Positions 30,501 through 42,298 of a DNA stretch of 64,000 nucleotides are shown here, piece by piece. The translations under genes and the position numbers were made by a program. A model generated the notes under the pieces. It saw only the letters and a program-made list of their open reading frames with translations, did not search any database and was not told the DNA's origin. The first letter of the stretch is position 1. Each line of letters opens with the position of its first letter. Source of the stretch: the human T2T-CHM13v2.0 reference genome, Homo sapiens. Location of the stretch: assembly GCF_009914755.1 (NCBI RefSeq), contig NC_060945.1, one strand, 5' to 3'.

Positions 30501-31700
30501 TCACCAGTTTCACTGAGTTACTCCCCGTTCTCTCTCATGTCTTCACCGCCATCCCTCAGGGACTCTCCTGTTTGTCCCCGCTACTCTCCAACCACGCCCA
30601 CATTCCAGCTGGAGTCACTTGCAGGCACCCAGGAATTACCTACAAACTCAGCAGTTTCACTGAGTTACTCCCCAGTCTCTCTCATGTCTTCACCCCCAGC
30701 CCCCTGGGACTCTCCTGTCTGTCCCAGCTCCTCTCCCACCACGCCCAGATTTCAGAGGGAGTCAGCCTCCCACACTCCGGAATCACCTACAGACTCACAG
30801 ACTTCACGGAGGTCCTCCCTGGTCTCTCTCAGGTCTTTGCCCTCAGCCCACAGGGACTCCTGTGTCTCTTTCAGCTACTCTCGAAACTTCTCTAGATTCC
30901 AGCTGGACTCAGTTCCAGGCACCCACGACACACCACCAAACTCACGAATTTCACTGACTTACTCCCCAGTCTCTCTCATGTTCTCACCCCCAGCCCTCAG
31001 GGACTCTTCTGTCTCTCTCAGCTACTCTCCAGCCATCTCCACATCACACCTGGGGTCAGCTTCCCACACCCAGGAATCACCTACAAACTCACGGACCTTA
31101 CTGCAACCCTCCCCCATTTCTTTCACCTCTTCACCCCCTGCTTTCAGGGACTCTCCTGTGTCTCCCAGCTTCTCTCCAGCCTTCCCCAGATTTCTGCCAC
31201 AGTCAGCCCCAGGCACCCAGGGTTACCCTGGACACTCACAGGCCTCACGAGACTATTTCCCAATGACTTGTATCTATAGAGGGATGGCTCCCATACTTCC
31301 CTCAGTGACCTCAAACCCATCTCCACTTACACTCAGACACTCCCAGGGCCTGACAGCTACTCCCCGTTATTGTCCTTCAGCTCGAAGCCCTGGCCCATCT
31401 ACTAGCCAACATGATGCAGCTACCTGGCCATGTCTCCACATTTCTGGGGAGGGCCCCACACCCAGCCGCAGAAGAGCCCCTCCTGCATTCCATCCTCACA
31501 CACAGGCCTGTCCATCCACTTGCTACTGTCACCCTCTTGCCAGCAGAAGAGGCCCCTGTAATGGCCGATATCACCGCCCAGTCTATCCTCACCCCACAGC
31601 TGTGCAGCGGGACCCTCCTGCTGGCCCACGTGGCTGCCACAGCCCATGCTGGCACGACGCTCCAGCATGTCGGCGTCCCTGCGGGCCACGCTACCGCTGA
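27567..31700 (+). pseudogene. Type A copy with premature TAG at codon 572 (unit 4)
   Basis: cccagcTAGtct at 29280-29282 versus cccagcTACtct in unit 1; the same frame stays open to 31700. Confidence 0.6.
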
Positions 31701-34700
31701 CATGGCTAGCATCACCCTCCTTCCTGGCAGTGACACTGCTGATTTGAACCCCAGTTTCACAGCTGTCATTTGTAAATAGGACCATTTTCCCTTTTCTCTC
31801 TCCCTTCCATTCACAGGGCTTCTCATTCCCTCTGTTTCTGCCTCCGTTTCAGAGATTTACTCACCTTTTTCTCTCTCACTATGTCTGCCGTGGTCTCCAT
31901 AAGAGTGTGCCACATAAAATTGCCCCATTAAAAGTCATGAATTGAGTGGATTTTAGTATACCTGTGGTTGTGCACATTCAATTTTAATTCGCAATCCATT
32001 TTAGAAGGTTTTATCACCCCCGACCAGAGAAACACCCTGTGGACAATAGTCACTCCTCATTCTGTCTCAAACCCTCTCCCTGACCCTCAGCCCTAGGTAA
32101 CAACTGCATAGAGCGATCAACCCCATATGCATAGATTTCCATATTGTGGACAGTTCCTATAAACGGAATTGCACAATACGTGAGCTTTTGTGACTGACAT
32201 AACACTTTTAGCACAATATTTTCAAGATTCATCCACATTGCAGCCTTACCCACAGGGGGAAACCGCATTTTGTGGTTTCAGTAACACCGGGTGTTTTCTC
32301 CTTCCTTCCGTCTTTCCTTCCTTCCTTCCTTCCTTCCTTCCTTCCTTCCTTCCTTCCTCCCTTCCTCCCTTCCTTCCTCCCTTCCTCCCATTTCTCTCTT
32401 ATTCCTTCTGCCCTCTCTCTTTCATATGCCTTAGGTGCATCCTACGTCCTGCGTCTTTTTGGGGAATCCTCGACAGGTGCTGGAAAATTGTGTTATTGTA
32501 ATTATTTACCGGTATCTCTCTTTCATGGTTCTCCATCAGTTGTAAGCATCTATTGGTTTATCCCAGGTCACTAAGTATATTTTAATTAGCTACACCTGTT
32601 TTTCTTTATACACCTGTTTCTGGAGTATAGGGTCGCATACTCATAAACCCAGTGTAACTCAGAAACGCATCTAATATTCCAATAGACCCATCATAACGTT
32701 GAAAAATCATAAATCAAACCAACTTAAGTCACGATTTGGCGCTGGATATGGGCTCCATCAATTCCATTGTATTCAATAATGCTGTACACCATTAACAATG
32801 GCAGACTGATTGGGCGTGGATGTGGATAACATTATAAAAATCAGTTATTAGAGGGATACTTTAACCTGACGGAAGAGCTGATCTAATGGTATTAGTACAG
32901 TGATGATTATGTGAGATGTTTTGAGACAGAGTAGTACATTTGTGTATGAGATTCTGTGGCTTTTTTCACTTAGTAGGAACCTTTGTGTGTGGAAAACTGA
33001 GAAAATTGCTTTGTGCTGTAGAGTCTGGCATTCGTTGTAGATTAAAGCTTATTTTTCTGGATGTAAATCTTATTCAATAAAATACTACTCTTTATAATAA
33101 AAAACAAAGACACTGGTGATGTGAAGTCATTATCCTCAGCAAACTAATCCAGGAACAGAAAACCAAACGCCACATTCTCACTTATAATGGGAGCTGAAAA
33201 ATGGGATCACGTGGACACAGGAAGGGGAACAACACACACTGGGGCCTTTCGGGAGGCAGAGCGTTAAGAAAAACAGCTACCGCATGCTGGGCTTAATACC
33301 TAGGTGATGGGTTGACAGGTGCAGCAAACCACCGTGGCACACGTTTACCTTAGTAACAAATCTGCACAGCCTGCCCATATATTCCAGAACTTAGAAACGA
33401 AACGAAAGCAAAGAAAACGAGAAAGCGATAGCAAAACGCTAACGGCGAAACAGAGTTTCAAACTCAGAAAGTGAGAGACCAATGTTTGGTTCAAATCATG
33501 GTTCTCAACCCAGGTGCCATAAGGTCAGGATAAAGAATTTGATGACGTATTGTAAATAAGACATGCAGCGGAGGACCAGAAAAATCGTTCTCAACATACG
33601 TGTGGCTTCGAGTTCAACGGTGACGCTATCTACAGTGACATAGCATTAGATTCCAAAGGGCCGAGTCCCGCAAGACTGGCCTCCCACACTAATAATAATG
33701 GGAAGCGCTACGTTGCTTTCCCTGTGCTTCTCAGCAACTGGCTATAAATCAGGTTTCCACCACTCCCAGTTTTAGTTGCATTCATTTGCTGGAAGAGCTC
33801 ACAGCACGCAGGGAAACACTGACATTTCCCATTTTTTGTATTTTAGCAGATATTGCAAAAACTTCAGAAAAAACTTTTGGGCCCGGCATGTGGGGAGGGG
33901 CTCACTGCCTTCCAGGAAGTGTTATCCAGAAGCTCTCTAAACCCAGTCCTTTTGGGTTTTTATGGAGACCTCATTCTATAGGCATGATGGGTTAAACCAT
34001 AGGCTATTGGTGATCAACTCAACCTGGGGCTCTCAACCCTCCCTGGAAATTGGGGTTGAGGCTTTGCCATTCTCAGTCTGAGTAAAAGAATTTACGCAAA
34101 CGGAATTTTAAAACAGATTAGCATATCTGGAAACTTAACTAGATGACGGAATTATCTGGAGCCACACCTTGATATTCCTAACCCGAGCACCCTCATCCAA
34201 AGAATGCTCCACCCAACTGGCTCCCAAGTCTCTACGGGGTTCCAGAGCAAAAGAATGTTTATACAGCGCATATCTCCACCTTTTCTTCAAAGTCTTTTCG
34301 CTTACACGGAAAGACTTCTTCAACTGCCATGCATCAGGGTCAGGGGGAGGTCTTGTTACAACACAGATCTGCGGATCTCCGGGGCTTGATTGTGGCAAGG
34401 ATGCTGCTGGTGTCAAAACCACAACGTGGGAACCACAGAACCACTAGTTGGTTTTCAGTGTTTCAGTGCATACAATTCCTAATATATCTGGCCAAGAAAA
34501 CTTGTAAGTTCTTAGATTGTCCCAAAGGTGGCGCATGAAATCAAATCAGGAGAACAGTTTCCTACGAGGTGTAGCCTGGGAACCTTGGGGGTGACTGATG
34601 GAAAGGAGGAGTGAAGCTCCGCCCTTTCCGCTGCGAGGCTGCGCCCGAGGCTATTTAAACCCACCCTGGCTGGCCTGTACTCAGATCTTCGCAGAGCGGA

Positions 34701-35002
34701 GCAGCGGCCGGAGCGTTTGGCGGACTCTGCGTGGACTTGGAGCTCGCAGCGTCTTGCGACTTGGAAGCGGATTCAGAGGACAGGACAGAACACTTGGGCA
34801 AGTGAATCTCTGTCTGTCTGTCTGTCTCATTGGTTGGTTTATTTCCATTTTCTTAAGGAGCACATACCTCACACCACACACACACAAACACACACACACA
34901 CACGCACGCACGCACGCACACACACACGCACACACACACACTAATTCATTCTGCGGGTTAGGAAATTAGTAGGGGTCTCTGGGAGCTGCAGGTTTCCTAA
35001 TC

Positions 35003-38000
35003 ATGTCTGCACCTAAGAACACTAGGGTCTTGTCTGGCTCTTCTTATGAACGGTCCCCCAGCCCGGACTCCCCAAGATCCATGCTAGCCTCACCCAGCTT
35101 CTCCCTCTCCCCTCTCAGAAACTCAGACTTAAGAGGAAGCTCCTCACCAGGGATCCGGAGCTACCATTCACCATCCCCTAGGGCTTCACCACACTCACCT
35201 CTGTCATCACCAGTATCCCACAATCTCCCATTTCCCTGTCCTATCCGTGATGGACAATCCATGAAGCCATTGGGCTCTCCCGTGTCCTCCTCTGAGGATT
35301 CTACAGAGTCACCACGTTCATCAGTAATATACCACATGTTCCTACTGCCATCACCCAGCAGCTCACCCCCAGCTCTCTGGGAGTCTCCTGGGTCTCCCAG
35401 CTACTCTCCAAACAACCCCAGATTTCAGCTGGAGTCAGCCCCCCACACCCAGGAATCACCTGCAAACTCACGAGCCTCACGGTGCTCCTCCCCTATGTCT
35501 TTCATCTCTTCACCCGCAGGCCTCAGGGACTCTCCTGTGGCTCCCAGTTACTCTCAAGCCATCCCCATGTTCCTGCGGGAGTCAGCCCCATGCACTCAGG
35601 AGTCCCCCAGAGACTCACAGGTCTCGGGAGAATATGAGCGCTCCCCCAGCCCTGACTCCTCAAGATTCATGCCTGCCTCACCCAGCATCTACCTCTCCCC
35701 TCCCAGGAACTCAGACCCAAGGGGCAGCTCCTCACAAGGGATGTGGAAGTACTCTACATCATCCCGCAGGGCTTCACCACTCTCACATCCGTCATCGGCA
35801 GAATTCCACAACTTTACATTTCCCTTTCCTAACCAAGCAGGACAATCACTCATGTCATTGTGTTCTCCCGTGTCCTCCTCTGGAGATTCCTCACAGTCAC
35901 CCCATTCATCAATAATATACCATATGTTCTTACTGCCATCATCCAGCAGCTCACCCCCAGCCACCAATGACTCTCCTGTCTGTCCCAGCTACTCTCCAAC
36001 TACGCCCAGATTTCAGCGGGCGTCGGTATCCAACACCCCAGAAACACCTACAAACTCACAGACCTCAGTGAGATCCTCGCCAGTCTCTCTCACGTCTTCA
36101 CCCCCAGGCCTTACGGACCCTCCAGTCTCTCCCAGCTACTATCCAACCACGCGCACATTTCAGCGCGGGTCAGATCCAGGAACCCAGGGAGCACCACCAA
36201 GCCCACCACTTTCACTGTGTTACTCCCCAGTCTCAAGCACGTCTTTATCTCCAACCCTCAGGGACTCTCCTGTCTGTCCCAGCTATTCTCCAACCACGCC
36301 CACGTTTCAGCAGGAGTCCGTTGCAGGCACCCAGCAATCACCAGCAAACTCACCAATTTCACTCAATTACTCTCCAGTCTCTCTCATGTCTTCACCAGCC
36401 CTCAGGGACTCTCCCATCTGTCCCAGCTACTCTCCATCCACGCCCAGATTTCAGCTGGAAGCAGTTCCTTGCACCCAGGAATCACCACCAAACTCACCAA
36501 TTTCACTCAATTACTCCCCAGTCTCTCTCATGTCTTCACCATCCCTCAGGGACTCTCCCGTCTGTCTCAGCTACTCTCCAACCACGCCCACATTTCAGCT
36601 GGAGTACCTTCGAGGCACCCCGGAGTCACCACCAAACTCACCAATTTCACTCAATTACTCTCCAGTCTCTCTCATGTCTTCACCAGCCCTCAGGGACTCT
36701 CCCGACTGTCCCAGCTACTCTCCAACAACGCCCAGATTTCAGCTGGAAGCAGTTCCTTGCTCCCCGGAATCAACACCAAACTCACCAATTTCACTCAATT
36801 ACTCTCCAGTCTCTCTCATGTCTTCACCAGCCATCAGGGACTCTCCCGTCTGTCCCAGCTACTCTCCAACCACGCCCACATTTCAGCTGGAGTCCGTTCG
36901 AGGCACCCCGGAGTCACCACCAAACTCACCAATTTCACTCAATTACACTCCAGTCTCTCTCATGTCTTCACCAGCCGTCAGGGACTCTCCCGTCTGTCCC
37001 AGCTACTCTCCAAAGACGCCCACATTTCAGCTGGAGTCTGTTCCAGGCACCCTGGAGTCACCACCAAACTCACCAATTTCACTCAATTACACTCCAGTCT
37101 CTCTCATGTCTTCACCAGCCCTCAGGGACTCTACTGTCTGTCCCAGCTACTCTCCAACCACGCCCAGATTTCAGCTGGAAGCAGTTCCTTGCACCCCAGA
37201 ATCACCACCAAACTCACCAATTTCACTCAATTACTCTCTAGTCTCTCTCATGTCTTCACCAGCCCTCAGGGACCCTCCTGTCTGTCCCAGCTACTCTCCA
37301 ACCACCCCCAGATTTCAGCTGGAGTCAGTTCCAGGCACCCCGGAGTCACCACCAAACTCACCAGTTTCACTGAGTTACTCCCCGGTCTCTCTCATGTCTT
37401 CACCGCCAGCCCTCAGGGACTCTCCTGTGTGTCCCAGCTACTCTCCAACCACGCCCACATTTCAGCTGGAGTCAGTTCCAGGCACCCCGGAGTCACCACC
37501 AAACTCACCAATTTCACTCAATTACTCTCCAGTCTCTCTCATGTCTTCACCAGCCCTCAGGGACTCTCCTGTCTGTCCCAGCTACTCTCCAACCACGCCC
37601 AGATTTCAGCTGGAAGCAGTTCCTTGCACCCCAGAATCACCTCCAAACTCACCAATTTCACTCAATTACTCTCTAGTCTCTCTCATGTCTTCACCAGTCC
37701 TCAGGGACCCTCCTGTCTGTCCCAGCTACTCTCCAACCACACCCAGATTTCAGTTGGAGTCAGTTCCAGGCACTGCGGAGTCACCACCAAACTCACCAGT
37801 TTCACTGAGTTACTCCCCGTTCTCTCTCATGTCTTCACCGCCAGCCCTCAGGGACTCTCCTGTTTGTCCCCGCTACTCTCCAACCACGCCCACATTCCAG
37901 CTGGAGTCACTTGCAGGCACCCAGGAATTACCTACAAACTCAGCAGTTTCACTGAGTTACTCCCCAGTCTCTCTCATGTCTTCACCCCCAGCCCCCTGGG

Positions 38001-38992
38001 ACTCTCCTGTCTGTCCCAGCTCCTCTCCCACCACGCCCAGATTTCAGAGGGAGTCAGCCTCCCACACTCCGGAATCACCTACAGACTCACAGACTTCACG
38101 GAGGTCCTCCCTGGTCTCTCTCAGGTCTTTGCCCTCAGCCCACAGGGACTCTTGTGTCTCTTTCAGCTACTCTCGAAACTTCTCTAGATTCCAGCTGGAC
38201 TCAGTTCCAGGCACCCACGACACACCACCAAACTCACGAATTTCACTGACTTACTCCCCAGTCTCTCTCATGTTCTCACCCCCAGCCCTCAGGGACTCTT
38301 CTGTCTCTCTCAGCTACTCTCCAGCCATCTCCACATCACACCTGGGGTCAGCTTCCCACACCCAGGAATCACCTACAAACTCACGGACCTTACTGCAACC
38401 CTCCCCCATTTCTTTCACCTCTTCACCCCCTGCTTTCAGGGACTCTCCTGTGTCTCCCAGCTTCTCTCCAGCCTTCCCCAGATTTCTGCCACAGTCAGCC
38501 CCAGGCACCCAGGGTTACCCTGGACACTCACAGGCCTCACGAGACTATTTCCCAATGACTTGTATCTATAGAGGGATGGCTCCCATACTTCCCTCAGTGA
38601 CCTCAAACCCATCTCCACTTACACTCAGACACTCCCAGGGCCTGACAGCTACTCCCCGTTATTGTCCTTCAGCTCGAAGCCCTGGCCCATCTACTAGCCA
38701 ACATGATGCAGCTACCTGGCCATGTCTCCACATTTCTGGGGAGGGCCCCACACCCAGCCGCAGAAGAGCCCCTCCTGCATTCCATCCTCACACACAGGCC
38801 TGTCCATCCACTTGCTACTGTCACCCTCTTGCCAGCAGAAGAGGCCCCTGTAATGGCCGATATCACCGCCCAGTCTATCCTCACCCCACAGCTGTGCAGC
38901 GGGACCCTCCTGCTGGCCCACGTGGCTGCCACAGCCCATGCTGGCACGACGCTCCAGCATGTCGGCGTCCCTGCGGGCCACGCTACCGCTGA
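35003..38992 (+). CDS. Putative CTD-like heptad-repeat protein, type B, 1329 aa (unit 5)
   Basis: Intact ORF; protein appears identical to unit 2. Confidence 0.6.
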   Translation: MSAPKNTRVLSGSSYERSPSPDSPRSMLASPSFSLSPLRNSDLRGSSSPGIRSYHSPSPRASPHSPLSSPVSHNLPFPCPIRDGQSMKPLGSPVSSSEDSTESPRSSVIYHMFLLPSPSSSPPALWESPGSPSYSPNNPRFQLESAPHTQESPANSRASRCSSPMSFISSPAGLRDSPVAPSYSQAIPMFLRESAPCTQESPRDSQVSGEYERSPSPDSSRFMPASPSIYLSPPRNSDPRGSSSQGMWKYSTSSRRASPLSHPSSAEFHNFTFPFPNQAGQSLMSLCSPVSSSGDSSQSPHSSIIYHMFLLPSSSSSPPATNDSPVCPSYSPTTPRFQRASVSNTPETPTNSQTSVRSSPVSLTSSPPGLTDPPVSPSYYPTTRTFQRGSDPGTQGAPPSPPLSLCYSPVSSTSLSPTLRDSPVCPSYSPTTPTFQQESVAGTQQSPANSPISLNYSPVSLMSSPALRDSPICPSYSPSTPRFQLEAVPCTQESPPNSPISLNYSPVSLMSSPSLRDSPVCLSYSPTTPTFQLEYLRGTPESPPNSPISLNYSPVSLMSSPALRDSPDCPSYSPTTPRFQLEAVPCSPESTPNSPISLNYSPVSLMSSPAIRDSPVCPSYSPTTPTFQLESVRGTPESPPNSPISLNYTPVSLMSSPAVRDSPVCPSYSPKTPTFQLESVPGTLESPPNSPISLNYTPVSLMSSPALRDSTVCPSYSPTTPRFQLEAVPCTPESPPNSPISLNYSLVSLMSSPALRDPPVCPSYSPTTPRFQLESVPGTPESPPNSPVSLSYSPVSLMSSPPALRDSPVCPSYSPTTPTFQLESVPGTPESPPNSPISLNYSPVSLMSSPALRDSPVCPSYSPTTPRFQLEAVPCTPESPPNSPISLNYSLVSLMSSPVLRDPPVCPSYSPTTPRFQLESVPGTAESPPNSPVSLSYSPFSLMSSPPALRDSPVCPRYSPTTPTFQLESLAGTQELPTNSAVSLSYSPVSLMSSPPAPWDSPVCPSSSPTTPRFQRESASHTPESPTDSQTSRRSSLVSLRSLPSAHRDSCVSFSYSRNFSRFQLDSVPGTHDTPPNSRISLTYSPVSLMFSPPALRDSSVSLSYSPAISTSHLGSASHTQESPTNSRTLLQPSPISFTSSPPAFRDSPVSPSFSPAFPRFLPQSAPGTQGYPGHSQASRDYFPMTCIYRGMAPILPSVTSNPSPLTLRHSQGLTATPRYCPSARSPGPSTSQHDAATWPCLHISGEGPTPSRRRAPPAFHPHTQACPSTCYCHPLASRRGPCNGRYHRPVYPHPTAVQRDPPAGPRGCHSPCWHDAPACRRPCGPRYR

Positions 38993-41900
38993 CATGGCTA
39001 GCATCACCCTCCTTCCTGGCAGTGACACTGCTGATTTGAACCCCAGTTTCACAGCTGTCATTTGTAAATAGGACCATTTTCCCTTTTCTCTCTCCCTTCC
39101 ATTCACAGGGCTTCTCATTCCCTCTGTTTCTGCCTCCGTTTCAGAGATTTACTCACCTTTTTCTCTCTCACTATGTCTGCCGTGGTCTCCATAAGAGTGT
39201 GCCACATAAAATTGCCCCATTAAAAGTCATGAATTGAGTGGATTTTAGTATACCTGTGGTTGTGCACATTCAATTTTAATTCGCAATCCATTTTAGAAGG
39301 TTTTATCACCCCCGACCAGAGAAACACCCTGTGGACAATAGTCACTCCTCATTCTGTCTCAAACCCTCTCCCTGACCCTCAGCCCTAGGTAACAACTGCA
39401 TAGAGCGATCAACCCCATATGCATAGATTTCCATATTGTGGACAGTTCCTATAAACGGAATTGCACAATACGTGAGCTTTTGTGACTGACATAACACTTT
39501 TAGCACAATATTTTCAAGATTCATCCACATTGCAGCCTTACCCACAGGGGGAAACCGCATTTTGTGGTTTCAGTAACACCGGGTGTTTTCTCCTTCCTTC
39601 CGTCTTTCCTTCCTTCCTTCCTTCCTTCCTTCCTTCCTTCCTTCCTTCCTTCCTCCCTTCCTCCCTTCCTTCCTCCCTTCCTCCCATTTCTCTCTTATTC
39701 CTTCTGCCCTCTCTCTTTCATATGCCTTAGGTGCATCCTACGTCCTGCGTCTTTTTGGGGAATCCTCGACAGGTGCTGGAAAATTGTGTTATTGTAATTA
39801 TTTACCGGTATCTCTCTTTCATGGTTCTCCATCAGTTGTAAGCATCTATTGGTTTATCCCAGGTCACTAAGTATATTTTAATTAGCTACACCTGTTTTTC
39901 TTTATACACCTGTTTCTGGAGTATAGGGTCGCATACTCATAAACCCAGTGTAACTCAGAAACGCATCTAATATTCCAATAGACCCATCATAACGTTGAAA
40001 AATCATAAATCAAACCAACTTAAGTCACGATTTGGCGCTGGATATGGGCTCCATCAATTCCATTGTATTCAATAATGCTGTACACCATTAACAATGGCAG
40101 ACTGATTGGGCGTGGATGTGGATAACATTATAAAAATCAGTTATTAGAGGGATACTTTAACCTGACGGAAGAGCTGATCTAATGGTATTAGTACAGTGAT
40201 GATTATGTGAGATGTTTTGAGACAGAGTAGTACATTTGTGTATGAGATTCTGTGGCTTTTTTCACTTAGTAGGAACCTTTGTGTGTGGAAAACTGAGAAA
40301 ATTGCTTTGTGCTGTAGAGTCTGGCATTCGTTGTAGATTAAAGCTTATTTTTCTGGATGTAAATCTTATTCAATAAAATACTACTCTTTATAATAAAAAA
40401 CAAAGACACTGGTGATGTGAAGTCATTATCCTCAGCAAACTAATCCAGGAACAGAAAACCAAACGCCACATTCTCACTTATAATGGGAGCTGAAAAATGG
40501 GATCACGTGGACACAGGAAGGGGAACAACACACACTGGGGCCTTTCGGGAGGCAGAGCGTTAAGAAAAACAGCTACCGCATGCTGGGCTTAATACCTAGG
40601 TGATGGGTTGACAGGTGCAGCAAACCACCGTGGCACACGTTTACCTTAGTAACAAATCTGCACAGCCTGCCCATATATTCCAGAACTTAGAAACGAAACG
40701 AAAGCAAAGAAAACGAGAAAGCGATAGCAAAACGCTAACGGCGAAACAGAGTTTCAAACTCAGAAAGTGAGAGACCAATGTTTGGTTCAAATCATGGTTC
40801 TCAACCCAGGTGCCATAAGGTCAGGATAAAGAATTTGATGACGTATTGTAAATAAGACATGCAGCGGAGGACCAGAAAAATCGTTCTCAACATACGTGTG
40901 GCTTCGAGTTCAACGGTGACGCTATCTACAGTGACATAGCATTAGATTCCAAAGGGCCGAGTCCCGCAAGACTGGCCTCCCACACTAATAATAATGGGAA
41001 GCGCTACGTTGCTTTCCCTGTGCTTCTCAGCAACTGGCTATAAATCAGGTTTCCACCACTCCCAGTTTTAGTTGCATTCATTTGCTGGAAGAGCTCACAG
41101 CACGCAGGGAAACACTGACATTTCCCATTTTTTGTATTTTAGCAGATATTGCAAAAACTTCAGAAAAAACTTTTGGGCCCGGCATGTGGGGAGGGGCTCA
41201 CTGCCTTCCAGGAAGTGTTATCCAGAAGCTCTCTAAACCCAGTCCTTTTGGGTTTTTATGGAGACCTCATTCTATAGGCATGATGGGTTAAACCATAGGC
41301 TATTGGTGATCAACTCAACCTGGGGCTCTCAACCCTCCCTGGAAATTGGGGTTGAGGCTTTGCCATTCTCAGTCTGAGTAAAAGAATTTACGCAAACGGA
41401 ATTTTAAAACAGATTAGCATATCTGGAAACTTAACTAGATGACGGAATTATCTGGAGCCACACCTTGATATTCCTAACCCGAGCACCCTCATCCAAAGAA
41501 TGCTCCACCCAACTGGCTCCCAAGTCTCTACGGGGTTCCAGAGCAAAAGAATGTTTATACAGCGCATATCTCCACCTTTTCTTCAAAGTCTTTTCGCTTA
41601 CACGGAAAGACTTCTTCAACTGCCATGCATCAGGGTCAGGGGGAGGTCTTGTTACAACACAGATCTGCGGATCTCCGGGGCTTGATTGTGGCAAGGATGC
41701 TGCTGGTGTCAAAACCACAACGTGGGAACCACAGAACCACTAGTTGGTTTTCAGTGTTTCAGTGCATACAATTCCTAATATATCTGGCCAAGAAAACTTG
41801 TAAGTTCTTAGATTGTCCGAAAGGTGGCGCATGAAATCAAATCAGGAGAACAGTTTCCTACGAGGTGTAGCCTGGGAACCTTGGGGGTGACTGATGGAAA

Positions 41901-42298
41901 GGAGGAGTGAAGCTCCGCCCTTTCCGCTGCGAGGCTGCGCCCGAGGCTATTTAAACCCACCCTGGCTGGCCTGTACTCAGATCTTCGCAGAGCGGAGCAG
42001 CGGCCGGAGCGTTTGGCGGACTCTGCGTGGACTTGGAGCTCACAGCGTCTTGCGACTTGGAAGCGGATTCAGAGGACAGGACAGAACACTTGGGCAAGTG
42101 AATCTCTGTCTGTCTGTCTGTCTCATTGGTTGGTTTATTTCCATTTTCTTAAGGAGCACATACCTCACACCACACACACACAAACACACACACACACACG
42201 CACGCACGCACGCACACACACACGCACACACACACACTAATTCATTCTGCGGGTTAGGAAATTAGTAGGGGTCTCTGGGAGCTGCAGGTTTCCTAATC